A DNA stretch of 64,000 nucleotides from a virus (lineage: Duplodnaviria; Heunggongvirae; Uroviricota; Caudoviricetes), in IMG/VR virus record IMGVR_UViG_2609459792_000007; one strand, written 5' to 3'. Both the position numbers and the translations under genes were made by a program. Every line of letters starts with the position of its first letter. Position 1 is the stretch's first letter. Shown piece after piece: positions 37,547 to 46,937 of this stretch. Below the pieces are notes generated by a model, which did no database searches, was not told where the DNA came from, and worked only from the letters and a program-made list of their open reading frames with translations.

Positions 37547-40500
37547 ATGTGGTACAGGGAAGGTACTATCACATTTACACAGGGTAGTAATACTCTGGTT
37601 GGGGTTGGGACAGCCTGGAACGTAACAGCTAATGGTGTGTTGCCGGGGATGATCGTCATTGGCCCCGACAATAAGCTGTATGAGATCAAGCGCGTAACAA
37701 GCGATACGAACATTGTTCTCTCAGAACCTTATACCGGTGAAACTCAGTCTGAAGTTCCGTGCCGAATCATTACTACCTATGAAGGCGACTTAACACAGTT
37801 TAGCGCGCGCTTTACCGCGCTAATGTCGCGTATGTCGGCTGATTCCAAGTCCATGCGTAGTTGGTTGACTGCTCTGGATGAGGTGACAATCGAGCGTGAA
37901 GACGGTACAGAAGTGACCGTTAAGCCGCTGATGCAGATCGTCAACGAGCACAACGAAAACGTTGAGTGGTATAAAAATAACACTGACGCGATTGATGCCG
38001 CTGGTGACAAAGCTCGTGAGGCGGCGGCCAGTGCTGCCGCAGCAGCAGAAAGCGCCAATACCGCTGGAGAAAAAGCATCTCAAGCGTCTCAAAGTGCATC
38101 CGCTGCGGCATCCTCACAAAGTGCCGCAAGTGCGAGTGCAACTGCTGCGAAAAAATCTGAAACGAACGCAGAATCAGCATATCTATCGGCAGCAGAATCA
38201 GCGTCTGTAGCGTCGACCAAAGCATCGGAGGCAGCAACATCTGCGTCCAGTGCCTCTGCATCTAAGGATGCAGCCAAAGCATCAGAGACTAACGCTTCAT
38301 CGAGTGCAAACGCGGCTGCATCATTTGCAACAGAAGCTGAAAATTCGTCTAAGGCAGCAAAAGCGTCAGAGACAAACGCAAAAGCATCTGAAACGGCAGC
38401 CGGGCAGAGTGCATCGTCTGCAAACAGTTCGAAATCTGCGGCAGAAGCGTCAGCAAGCGCAGCCTCAGCAAGTGCGGATAGTGCTTCATCAAGTGCAACT
38501 GCGGCAGGAAAATCTGCGGAAAGCGCGTCGTCATCAGCGACAACAGCTACCGCAAAAGCGACTGAGGCGACGAATCAGGCTACAGCTGCTAAAAATTCAG
38601 CATCGGCAGCAAAATCCTCTGAAACAAATGCAAAGGCTTCTGAAGATAATGCCGCTTCCTCTAAAGAGGCAGCTGCTGAATCTGCAAGTTCTGCGTCTGC
38701 ATCAGCCACCTCGGCATCTGCTTCAAAAGATGAGGCGACCAAGCAGGCATCAGCTGCGAAGGGGAGTGCTTCAACGGCATCCACGAAAGCAACAGAGGCG
38801 GCAGGTAGTGCGACGGCTGCATCTCAGAGCAAAGCTGCTGCTGAATCCGCTGCGACCCGTGCAGAAGCTGCCGCTGATCGTGCTGAAGAGATCGCCGGTG
38901 CAGTTGCGATGGAAGACGCAAGCCTTACCACCAAAGGTGTTGTGAAACTTAGCAGTGCTGTCGATAGCACCAGTGAATCGCTGGCCGCAACGCCAAAGGC
39001 AGTTAAAGCAGTCAATGACAATGCGAACAGCAGGGTGCCATCTAACCGAAAAATTAACGGGAAAGCACTGACTGCGGATATCACATTAACGCCGAAAGAT
39101 ATTGGTACTTTAAATTCAATAACGATGTCTTTCTCTGGCGGGGCCGGGTGGTTCAAACTGGCTACTGTTACAATGCCACAAGCGAGTTCCATCGTTTACA
39201 TCGCATTGATTGGTGGCGCTGGTTACAACGTCGGCTCCCCACATCAGGCAGGCATTTCAGAACTGGTTCTACGAGCAGGCAATGGAAACCCCAAAGGGAT
39301 TACAGGTGCTTTGTGGAAGCGTACAGCTGTCGGATTAACGAATTTCGCCTGGATCAACACATCCGGCGATACATATGATATTTACGTTGAAATTGGCAAT
39401 TATGCGACGAGTGTAAATATCCATTGGGATTGTACTGCAAATGCGTCAGTTTCTATTTATACATCGCCAACATATTCAGCGAGTAAGCCTTCCAGCGTTA
39501 CCGATGGTGTTGTTTATACGTTGTATAGCACACATCAGAAACCGACGCCGTTAGATATTGGAGCACTGCCAACAACCGGAGGAACAGTTTCAGGTCCGTT
39601 GTCTGTTACTGGTGGGATCACCGGAACATTAAATGGTAATGCAAGTACAGCAACGAAATTGCAGACGGCAAGATCTATCGGTGGAGTTGTTTTCGACGGT
39701 TCTGCAAATATTAACCTTCCAGGTGTAAACACTACGGGTAATCAGAACACCACTGGTAATGCTGCAACTGCTACAAAACTTCAGACGGCACGCACAATTG
39801 GCGGGGTAGCATTTGATGGCAGTGTCAATATCGACCTGCCGGGCGTGAATAAAGCAGGCAATCAGAGCACTACCGGCAATGCTGCAACCGCTACAAAACT
39901 ACAGACAGCGCGTACAATCAACGGTGTTAAGTTTGATGGTTCTGCGGACATAACGCTGACTCCTGCGAACCTTGACGTATACAGCAAAAGCGAAATAGAC
40001 AATAAAAAAGGGATGAGAAAATACACTTTTTCAGCGCCTGCAAATGCAGTAAGCGGTAAGTGGTATCCTATAGTCTTTCGCCGATCTGGAGGCAGTACCG
40101 ATGAATTAGCCTCACGAGTTGTGATAACTACTTATTCCTCAGCTGGCGGATACGCCATGAATAATTGTGAATTTAATGGGTTTGTTATGCCTGGCGGTTG
40201 GTCTGATCGCGGTTCATATGCGGCTGGTTTTTTCTCAATATATTCTACTGCTGAGCGAGCTATACACTCGATTATTTCAAGTGTGAAAGATGACGATTTG
40301 TGTAGTGTATTTTACGTTGAAGCCAGAGCATTCCCTATCAAGATATTTGCTGAGGAGGGCTTGAACGTAATTGTTCCAACGGCTGATTATGCAGTTGGTC
40401 AAACCACTTATAAGTGGGGGGCAACTGATCCTTTATCAGAAAGTACGAATGCACAGATAATTTTGGACTTTAAAAATGGACGAGGTTATTACTGTTCACA

Positions 40501-41704
40501 TCCATTTATTTCAAGTCTTTCAGGAAATGCTGCTACAGCAACGAAATTGCAGACTGCAAGAACTATCGGCGGCGTGGCCTTCGATGGATCTGCGAACATA
40601 AATTTGCCTGGTGTAAACACGGCAGGTAATCAGAATACAACGGGCAACGCGGCTACTGCTACGAAGTTGCAAACAGCGAGAAACATCAATGGTGTTAAGT
40701 TTGATGGCTCAGGCGATATCAACATTAATACATTGGTATCTCGTGGCCGAGTTACGGCGTTAAGCGGCTCTACTCAAGGCACTGCTGGCATTCAAATGTA
40801 CGAGGCGTACAACAATAGTTATCCGACCACGTATGGCAACGTATTGCACATGAAAGGTGCGAGTGCTGCTGGTGAGGGCGAGTTGCTTATTGGCTGGAGT
40901 GGTACGAGCGGTGCACATGCGCCGGTTTTCATTCGCTCCCGAAGAGATACCACTGATGCGGCATGGTCAGCGTGGGCGCAGGTATATACCGCTAAGGATT
41001 CAATCCCTGGTGTGAATACAACCGGTAATCAGAACACTACTGGTAATGCCGCAACCGCCACAAAATTGCAGACAGCAAGGAAAATTGCTGGTGTGGCGTT
41101 TGATGGCTCTGCCGATATTACTTTGACTGCGGCTAACCTTAATGCTTACACGAAAACAGAGGTAACAAACCTTCTAAGTTCCTATGCAAGCAGATCATCA
41201 CTGACAGGCTATAGTGGCAACCTGGATATTATTGCTGAAACACTGGTTGTCAAATCAGGCGGTAGTGGAGGGTTTGCTATATGGGATATTGGCACAACTA
41301 CTAGCGGTGCCAATATGTACATTGATCCAAACCCAGGTATCAATACAGTTTGGCGTTCAACATCTTCAAGGCGCTATAAAAAGGATATTGAAACATTACA
41401 AGATCGATATGCTGATGAACTTTTGTCATTAAGACCTGTTTGGTATCGTTCAATTTGTCGAGGTGACCGAAAGGATTGGGGGTATTACGGCCTTATTGCT
41501 GAAGAGGTTGGTGAGATTGCCCCGCAATATGTCCATTGGCGTGAACCAACAAATAATGATTCTCCAGAAGATATTTCCTCCAATGGTATGGTCGCTGAAG
41601 GAGTGATGTATGAACGTTTGGTTGTACCACTCATTCATCATATTCAGCAATTGACCAAAAGGGTTGAGGAGCTTGAAAAGAAGTTAAATTCACCTAAAGA
41701 ATAA
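37547..41704 (+). CDS. long tail fibre with C-terminal intramolecular chaperone (peptidase S74-like)
   Basis: 1385 aa; Ala/Ser-rich segment; repeats NTTGNQNTTGNAATATKLQTAR; C-terminus ...DWGYYGLIAEEVGEIAPQYV... typical of autoproteolytic chaperone domains. Confidence 0.8.
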   Translation: MWYREGTITFTQGSNTLVGVGTAWNVTANGVLPGMIVIGPDNKLYEIKRVTSDTNIVLSEPYTGETQSEVPCRIITTYEGDLTQFSARFTALMSRMSADSKSMRSWLTALDEVTIEREDGTEVTVKPLMQIVNEHNENVEWYKNNTDAIDAAGDKAREAAASAAAAAESANTAGEKASQASQSASAAASSQSAASASATAAKKSETNAESAYLSAAESASVASTKASEAATSASSASASKDAAKASETNASSSANAAASFATEAENSSKAAKASETNAKASETAAGQSASSANSSKSAAEASASAASASADSASSSATAAGKSAESASSSATTATAKATEATNQATAAKNSASAAKSSETNAKASEDNAASSKEAAAESASSASASATSASASKDEATKQASAAKGSASTASTKATEAAGSATAASQSKAAAESAATRAEAAADRAEEIAGAVAMEDASLTTKGVVKLSSAVDSTSESLAATPKAVKAVNDNANSRVPSNRKINGKALTADITLTPKDIGTLNSITMSFSGGAGWFKLATVTMPQASSIVYIALIGGAGYNVGSPHQAGISELVLRAGNGNPKGITGALWKRTAVGLTNFAWINTSGDTYDIYVEIGNYATSVNIHWDCTANASVSIYTSPTYSASKPSSVTDGVVYTLYSTHQKPTPLDIGALPTTGGTVSGPLSVTGGITGTLNGNASTATKLQTARSIGGVVFDGSANINLPGVNTTGNQNTTGNAATATKLQTARTIGGVAFDGSVNIDLPGVNKAGNQSTTGNAATATKLQTARTINGVKFDGSADITLTPANLDVYSKSEIDNKKGMRKYTFSAPANAVSGKWYPIVFRRSGGSTDELASRVVITTYSSAGGYAMNNCEFNGFVMPGGWSDRGSYAAGFFSIYSTAERAIHSIISSVKDDDLCSVFYVEARAFPIKIFAEEGLNVIVPTADYAVGQTTYKWGATDPLSESTNAQIILDFKNGRGYYCSHPFISSLSGNAATATKLQTARTIGGVAFDGSANINLPGVNTAGNQNTTGNAATATKLQTARNINGVKFDGSGDININTLVSRGRVTALSGSTQGTAGIQMYEAYNNSYPTTYGNVLHMKGASAAGEGELLIGWSGTSGAHAPVFIRSRRDTTDAAWSAWAQVYTAKDSIPGVNTTGNQNTTGNAATATKLQTARKIAGVAFDGSADITLTAANLNAYTKTEVTNLLSSYASRSSLTGYSGNLDIIAETLVVKSGGSGGFAIWDIGTTTSGANMYIDPNPGINTVWRSTSSRRYKKDIETLQDRYADELLSLRPVWYRSICRGDRKDWGYYGLIAEEVGEIAPQYVHWREPTNNDSPEDISSNGMVAEGVMYERLVVPLIHHIQQLTKRVEELEKKLNSPKE

Positions 41705-41764
41705 ACAACTTCAATCGGGGCTGGAACTAAACCAGCCCCTGCTTAAAAGTATAAGGATATATTT

Positions 41765-42019
41765 ATGAGCTATGGTGCACAGGTTTGGTCGCCATCAAGA
41801 CAGGAGATGGTCGATGCGTTGGCCCCTGTTTATTACCTCGATTATTTTACTCCCTCTGGTTCTGGAAGTAGAACATATGAGGTTGAGGCGGGATTGGGAA
41901 TCGACTATTACATAATGGACGTAACCAATGGGAAATACACAAGTCTTACGGTTTCTGGAAATACCATTTCATGGTCTGGAGCTAGTGGCAATTTAAACAT
42001 ATTGGTTTTTCAAAAATAA
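41765..42019 (+). CDS. hypothetical protein (84 aa)
   Basis: AT-rich ORF after fibre gene; RBS aaggatatatttATG. Confidence 0.5.
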   Translation: MSYGAQVWSPSRQEMVDALAPVYYLDYFTPSGSGSRTYEVEAGLGIDYYIMDVTNGKYTSLTVSGNTISWSGASGNLNILVFQK

Positions 42020-42627
42020 TGTACGGAAGCAAGATATATCGATCTGACGGGAAGGTCTGGATGTCTCCTTCTTTGTCTCCTATCGTTTTTCAGAGAAAGC
42101 AGGTTGTTTCTTTGTCTGGCGGGACAGAGTTTAACACCCAAATATCTCCAGATCGTTCACCGATGATTTTTGTTGCCTATTCGAAAGCTGTTTCATTAAT
42201 AGCCAACAGAATAGTGCGTAACAACCAGGTGATTTACAGTTTCGGAGGTCAGGGTAGCGACTCTAGTGCCACGATATACGTATTTTCGAAAGGTATAGCC
42301 AAAAAAGAAACTTGGGGCATGAGTTTTTTCAATGCGCGAGGAGAGGAGATCTATAATACGGCAAATATCCCACTTTCATTTACCTTTCTTAATAATACGG
42401 AGTGGAACAGTTCTGGAGGGCATGTTTTTGATTACCCGCCAGCGATAATCCCAACATATGCAAATGTGTTCGCGGTTCCAGTACCGGGCGGGGCCATGAC
42501 AATGGTTTATGGATATGCGGCATATGGAAATACTGTTAGTTCCATATTCGTAAACCAACTTAATGGCGGCCATAGTTTTAGCGTAAATGGCAGAGTACCG
42601 GTAATAAATAGAAATCTGTATAACTGA
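42019..42627 (+). CDS. hypothetical protein (202 aa)
   Basis: AT-rich ORF coupled to upstream gene. Confidence 0.5.
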   Translation: MYGSKIYRSDGKVWMSPSLSPIVFQRKQVVSLSGGTEFNTQISPDRSPMIFVAYSKAVSLIANRIVRNNQVIYSFGGQGSDSSATIYVFSKGIAKKETWGMSFFNARGEEIYNTANIPLSFTFLNNTEWNSSGGHVFDYPPAIIPTYANVFAVPVPGGAMTMVYGYAAYGNTVSSIFVNQLNGGHSFSVNGRVPVINRNLYN

Positions 42628-42637
42628 TGAGTAAACG

Positions 42638-42868
42638 ATGAAAAGATTATTTCTAACAATAGCTGTTGTTCTCTCTCTTACTGGCTGTCAGAAATTGCCG
42701 ACACCCATATGTTATGGTGAGGCTATCATTGGTGGACAGGAGACAGTCATACCTATATATGCTGTTAAAAAGGTTAACGGCTATACCTTATACAAAGCGG
42801 GTAGCATCTATAACTGGCGATGGGTTGGAGTAGGTGCTTTCTCATCAGTGCGTTGCAATGCTGAATGA
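42638..42868 (+). CDS. small lipoprotein
   Basis: MKRLFLTIAVVLSLTGC: signal peptide with lipobox LTGC. Confidence 0.6.
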   Translation: MKRLFLTIAVVLSLTGCQKLPTPICYGEAIIGGQETVIPIYAVKKVNGYTLYKAGSIYNWRWVGVGAFSSVRCNAE

Positions 42869-42888
42869 TAAGTAAGTACACACCTACA
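42864..42888. promoter_or_regulatory. family B motif GATAAGTAAGTAC
   Basis: Upstream of lysis genes; followed by TTGACT -35-like hexamer at 42925. Confidence 0.45.
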
Positions 42889-42949
42889 ACAAAAGGGTGA
42901 AATGTGATATAAATCCGCCATCCCGATTTGACTTTTCATGGAGGAAAAC

Positions 42950-43273
42950 ATGTCGAACGAGATGGCGGGCGTTACAACAGAGCAAGTTGAGCGTATTGCC
43001 GCGATCGTTGCTCGGGAGGTTGTTGGCAAATTAGGTAAAGAGCTACGTGAAGAAATTGGCCAGGAGGTCAATGATCAGCTGAAAACCTACTTTGGTGATA
43101 TGACCCCGGCGCAACATAGTATTCAACACTCCAATCTGGACAAACTCCTTAACCGGTTAGATTCCATCTCCAGTGGGTTCTTTGGCGGCATTGTTTCTAA
43201 AATAACGTCGTTCATTATTACCGCACTGCTTTTGGGGTTAGCCGCGTATGGCGTAAAAAATGGACTGCAATAA
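42950..43273 (+). CDS. putative holin-like membrane protein
   Basis: Single C-terminal hydrophobic helix (ITSFIITALLLGLAAYGV); first gene of lysis cluster; start uncertain (42938 or 42950). Confidence 0.4.
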   Translation: MSNEMAGVTTEQVERIAAIVAREVVGKLGKELREEIGQEVNDQLKTYFGDMTPAQHSIQHSNLDKLLNRLDSISSGFFGGIVSKITSFIITALLLGLAAYGVKNGLQ

Positions 43274-43286
43274 CAGGAGATCAAGG

Positions 43287-43979
43287 ATGAAGACTCCGAG
43301 AGGCATTCGTAATAATAACCCCGGTAATCTTGATAAAGGATCACCGTGGCAAGGTCTGGTTGCGAATCCAGACGAACCGCGTTTTTGCACGTTTAAAGAC
43401 CCTGTTTGGGGGATTCGTGCGCTGGCGGTGACTCTAATTACCTACCACGACAAACGTCGCGCAAAAGACGGCTCAAGTATCGATACCATTCGTGAAGTTA
43501 TTGAACGTTGGGCACCGCCGAATGAAAACAACACTGACGCCTACATTAATGAGGTGTCTAAAGCCGTTGGTGTAACCGCAGACATGATCATCGATCTGCA
43601 TGATTACGACATCCTTCGACCTTTGGTTGAGGCAATCATTCGCCACGAGAATGGCCGGGGTCCGCTAAAAACGCTGAACACCTGGTATGCGGCAGAAGTT
43701 ATTGAGGAAGGTCTGCGTCGAGCTGGCGTTGTTAAGCCGGTGAAAACCGTGAAGGCTGTTCCTGTAACTAAAGAAACAGCAGGCGCAACTGTTACAGCAG
43801 GTATTGGTCTGGCGCAACTGGCCGATGTTATGCCGCAGGTTTCCGCTGCTATGGATAAGGCACAAGGCCATATCTCTAGCGGGGATACAGTACGCATCAT
43901 CTTCGGTATTGCCACTATTGTTGTGGCCGGATTCATTGCCTGGTCGCAGGTAAGAAAACACCAGAAAGGGATGGTCTAA
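43287..43979 (+). CDS. putative endolysin with C-terminal membrane anchor
   Basis: ATG 43287 with RBS caggaga; position between holin-like and spanin genes; C-terminal hydrophobic helix; catalytic class not assignable. Confidence 0.45.
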   Translation: MKTPRGIRNNNPGNLDKGSPWQGLVANPDEPRFCTFKDPVWGIRALAVTLITYHDKRRAKDGSSIDTIREVIERWAPPNENNTDAYINEVSKAVGVTADMIIDLHDYDILRPLVEAIIRHENGRGPLKTLNTWYAAEVIEEGLRRAGVVKPVKTVKAVPVTKETAGATVTAGIGLAQLADVMPQVSAAMDKAQGHISSGDTVRIIFGIATIVVAGFIAWSQVRKHQKGMV

Positions 43980-43980
43980 T

Positions 43981-44232
43981 ATGCTAGGCAGCCTGATGAC
44001 AAAGCTAAAAGTTGCTTTGATTACGCTGGCTGCCGTTCTTTTCGTTCTGGTCGGCGCTTACACGATGGGCGGGAATGCAGCACGACGAGCAATGGAAGAG
44101 AAGGCAAAACAGGAAGACAGAAAACGACTTCAAAGCACAGTGGACGTCAAAAATGAAACACTTGATGAGTTACGGCGCAAGGATGCTTCTTCTGTTCATC
44201 ATGAGTTGCACAATAAGTGGTTGCGTGATTAA
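43981..44232 (+). CDS. i-spanin (Rz-like)
   Basis: N-terminal TM helix then charged periplasmic region. Confidence 0.6.
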   Translation: MLGSLMTKLKVALITLAAVLFVLVGAYTMGGNAARRAMEEKAKQEDRKRLQSTVDVKNETLDELRRKDASSVHHELHNKWLRD

Positions 44233-44383
44233 GCCTCAACCCGCTGGTGTGCTTTTCTGCGATGCGGCTACACCGCTATACATCAGCCGTGATGATCTCA
44301 TGACCGAAGAGACTGAAAGAGAGGTGCTTTTTCACAATATGATAGGGGAGCGATTGTGTGGATGGGGCAGAAAAGTACCATAA
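44153..44383 (+). CDS. o-spanin (Rz1-like lipoprotein), overlapping i-spanin in another frame
   Basis: MKHLMSYGARMLLLFIMSCTISGC lipobox; begins inside i-spanin gene. Confidence 0.55.
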   Translation: MKHLMSYGARMLLLFIMSCTISGCVIKPQPAGVLFCDAATPLYISRDDLMTEETEREVLFHNMIGERLCGWGRKVP

Positions 44384-44560
44384 CAGAAGAGGAGTTTTCT
44401 AACATAAAATTTGCATATTATTAGAGCACAAGGTAGATTTGGCACATGGATGTCAAGTAAATCATCCCTTGCATTAATGCTGCGACGCATACTCGTAGCC
44501 TCTAAACCCTGACAAGGGTCGCCGCTATGACATTAAGTTAATACCGGCTAAGGTGGACAC

Positions 44561-44944
44561 ATGCTGAACGAAAAACGTTCTATACAAACAATTCGCGATT
44601 GCACGAGTGTTATCGCAACTCATGTGCTGAATAAGCGCAAACTTGAGGTGCGTAAACTTAACAACGATGCGACTGCGCCAAAAGACACTCGCTTCATCGT
44701 AACTTTCAAAGACGATGTTGAGAATGCTGGTGCCAGTGTAAAACCGTTGGCTGAAGCGATTTTCCTGAACGATCGTGTTCGTTTCATTGTGAAGCCAGCA
44801 AAACAATACCCTGAATTAGCACGGTTTAGTGACCAATTCTCTGAAATTATTGAGAGTGCAATTCGCCGCTTTCTTAATACTCATGGTAGCATTGTCAGCA
44901 ATACAACTGCTGATGGTACTGCTCTAAGATGGCACCTACACTAG
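44561..44944 (+). CDS. hypothetical protein
   Basis: ORF with RBS aaggtggacacATG. Confidence 0.5.
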   Translation: MLNEKRSIQTIRDCTSVIATHVLNKRKLEVRKLNNDATAPKDTRFIVTFKDDVENAGASVKPLAEAIFLNDRVRFIVKPAKQYPELARFSDQFSEIIESAIRRFLNTHGSIVSNTTADGTALRWHLH

Positions 44945-45681
44945 AACGCACATACTCTAAAAATCTTTATGAGTTTCCTCACCGTGGGGAAACTCGCGTT
45001 TCACGTTTTGGCTACCTCATCAACGAAGCATCGCTTTTCAAAATATCTGAAATAACCATTATCGAGCCTGATGATGATATCTGTCTGTATATCCTGATGG
45101 AGAAAGTTGGAGCACGAGATCAGGGTGAACTGATGGACTTCATTCTGGACAGAGGCGAAGATGGAATGTCTGATTCGGACATTATTCAAGCAATTCTGCG
45201 TTCCGACATGCTCGATCAGAGCAGAAACACGATAGCAGGCAGAATTGCATTGCGTGAATACACATTCATCGAGGATGGGGTAGAGATTGACTGCTATCAG
45301 ATTGCAGGTGTTGAAACAGAAAGAGCAATAAGGCAAAGGGGACTGTGCAACCTCACGTATCGCTTCCTCCTTCATTGGTACGAACATCTTGTCTGTGATT
45401 ACAATCAGACCATTCCTGGCGCAAAAATCTGGGCCGGTCCATTAATGCGAACAGGTGATGTAAGAATTTACAACGCAAAAACTGAGACGTTCGAGGATGT
45501 GTTAGGCGAATATGGGATGGGAAAAGAAACCGGCTTTTTGCCGTGGAACAGAGGATTGTTACTTGATCCAGAATTAAGCTCTTGGTTTCCAAATAAGGTG
45601 CAAGTTAACGTTGAGAAATTTATCGTACTTATCATCTCCCGCAAAACAAGAACCCCAGTTGGTTTATATCTAAAAGATTAA
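44929..45681 (+). CDS. hypothetical protein (250 aa)
   Basis: ORF followed by terminator. Confidence 0.55.
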   Translation: MAPTLERTYSKNLYEFPHRGETRVSRFGYLINEASLFKISEITIIEPDDDICLYILMEKVGARDQGELMDFILDRGEDGMSDSDIIQAILRSDMLDQSRNTIAGRIALREYTFIEDGVEIDCYQIAGVETERAIRQRGLCNLTYRFLLHWYEHLVCDYNQTIPGAKIWAGPLMRTGDVRIYNAKTETFEDVLGEYGMGKETGFLPWNRGLLLDPELSSWFPNKVQVNVEKFIVLIISRKTRTPVGLYLKD

Positions 45682-45685
45682 CAAT

Positions 45686-45708
45686 TAGGCGACTTCTGTC
45701 GCCTTTTT
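45686..45708 (+). terminator. rho-independent terminator
   Basis: aggcgac-ttct-gtcgcct followed by tttttt. Confidence 0.8.
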
Positions 45709-45807
45709 TGTTAACAGCCATTGATTCTCGCCTAAAAATTCTAAGGCAGCACCTACCATTTAACCTTTACACAGCAGCCGTAGGCATTTAGGCTATATCA
45801 CATATAA

Positions 45808-45823
45808 GAAAACAAGTTGTTTC
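45808..45823. promoter_or_regulatory. family A operator GAAAACAAGTTGTTTC upstream of partition operon
   Basis: Dyad between promoter-like sequence and RBS of ParA-like gene. Confidence 0.55.
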
Positions 45824-45857
45824 AGACAATAATAATAGACGCAAAGGGAACTCTCCA

Positions 45858-46526
45858 ATGACCAAGATCTTTGTGGTTGGCGGCACAAAGGGCGGGCCTG
45901 GCAAATCCACCGTTGCCCAGCAAATTGCCGTTTGCCTGAAAGTCAAAAAGAAGAAGAAGGTTTATATCACTGATATAGATATTCAGCGCACGACAACAAG
46001 CTGGTGTGAAGACCGTCGACAGAACGAAGACCTTGAGCTGATTCCTTTTGCATACGTTCAGGATGACATCATTAAGCACCTAAAATCGCTTCAGGGTAGA
46101 GCTGAGTTTGTAGTGGTAGATGCTGGTGGCTTTGACTCCGAAATTCAGCGACAAGCGATGCTGATGGCCGACGTTATCATTATCCCGCTTCGTCCTAAGC
46201 GTCGTGATTTGAAATCTCTGCGTGACATCGATCCTATTATCGACAATGTTCGTAATGTAAACGATAAAGTGAAGGTCCGCGCGGTCATGAACCAGTGCCC
46301 GGCTTTGCCATCACAAGTGTCTCGCATTCTGGCGGCTAAAGAGATTGTCGAGACGTTTGGCATCGAGTCTGCGCCAGTCAATCTATATAACCGCAACGTC
46401 TACGATGATGCGGAAGAGTCAGGTCGTTCTATCTTTGAAATGACCGGTAGCGAGCGCGACAAAAAGGCGGAAGCCGAGTTTGAAGAATTTGTAGATTATC
46501 TGTTGAGTCTGGAGGAAGAAGAATAA
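45858..46526 (+). CDS. ParA/MinD-family partition ATPase (small type)
   Basis: Deviant Walker A GGTKGGPGKST; about 220 aa. Confidence 0.8.
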   Translation: MTKIFVVGGTKGGPGKSTVAQQIAVCLKVKKKKKVYITDIDIQRTTTSWCEDRRQNEDLELIPFAYVQDDIIKHLKSLQGRAEFVVVDAGGFDSEIQRQAMLMADVIIIPLRPKRRDLKSLRDIDPIIDNVRNVNDKVKVRAVMNQCPALPSQVSRILAAKEIVETFGIESAPVNLYNRNVYDDAEESGRSIFEMTGSERDKKAEAEFEEFVDYLLSLEEEE

Positions 46527-46885
46527 TGTCCATGAAAATGGGTGACCTAGCAAAGCGCAAAGAGCCTGATGCACCGGCTAAGAACACAACTCCTTTGCGC
46601 CAACCAGTCAGACCACAAGGACGCCCGACTCGTGGCAAAGAGAAAATTAAAAGCCGCACTATGTCACTGGAAGACGAATACTTCGAGCTTCTGGAAATGA
46701 TGAAGTTTATCCCTCGTTTCGAGAAGTTCACCCGCTCTGATGTGATTCGTGCTGCTATTTTCCATCTGGCAGAGAAGTCACCGCAGGAAATCGAGGACAT
46801 CGTGAAACTTAACGAGGCGATCACCGCTGCCGATGTCACGATGCGTACCGATGAAATCAAACGAGAGTTGATGAAGAAAGGTTAA
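46526..46885 (+). CDS. putative partition centromere-binding protein
   Basis: Coupled to ParA-like gene (ATGTCCATG overlap); basic N-terminus and ribbon-helix-helix-like C-terminal half. Confidence 0.5.
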   Translation: MSMKMGDLAKRKEPDAPAKNTTPLRQPVRPQGRPTRGKEKIKSRTMSLEDEYFELLEMMKFIPRFEKFTRSDVIRAAIFHLAEKSPQEIEDIVKLNEAITAADVTMRTDEIKRELMKKG

Positions 46886-46890
46886 AAATC

Positions 46891-46921
46891 ATGCATTGGC
46901 GCGTACATTGCGCCAATGCAT
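46891..46921. repeat. perfect 12-bp inverted repeat atgcattggcgc-N7-gcgccaatgcat
   Basis: Directly downstream of partition operon, between convergent genes. Confidence 0.7.
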
Positions 46922-46937
46922 AACTACAGTGTCAGCT

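Noticed and set aside
37777-39192. Plus- and minus-strand ORFs overlapping the Ala/Ser-rich part of the fibre gene, including a 231-aa Q/R/L-rich frame
   Set aside because: Alternative-frame readings of a GC-rich repetitive region; the fibre frame is continuous with conserved N- and C-terminal domains.
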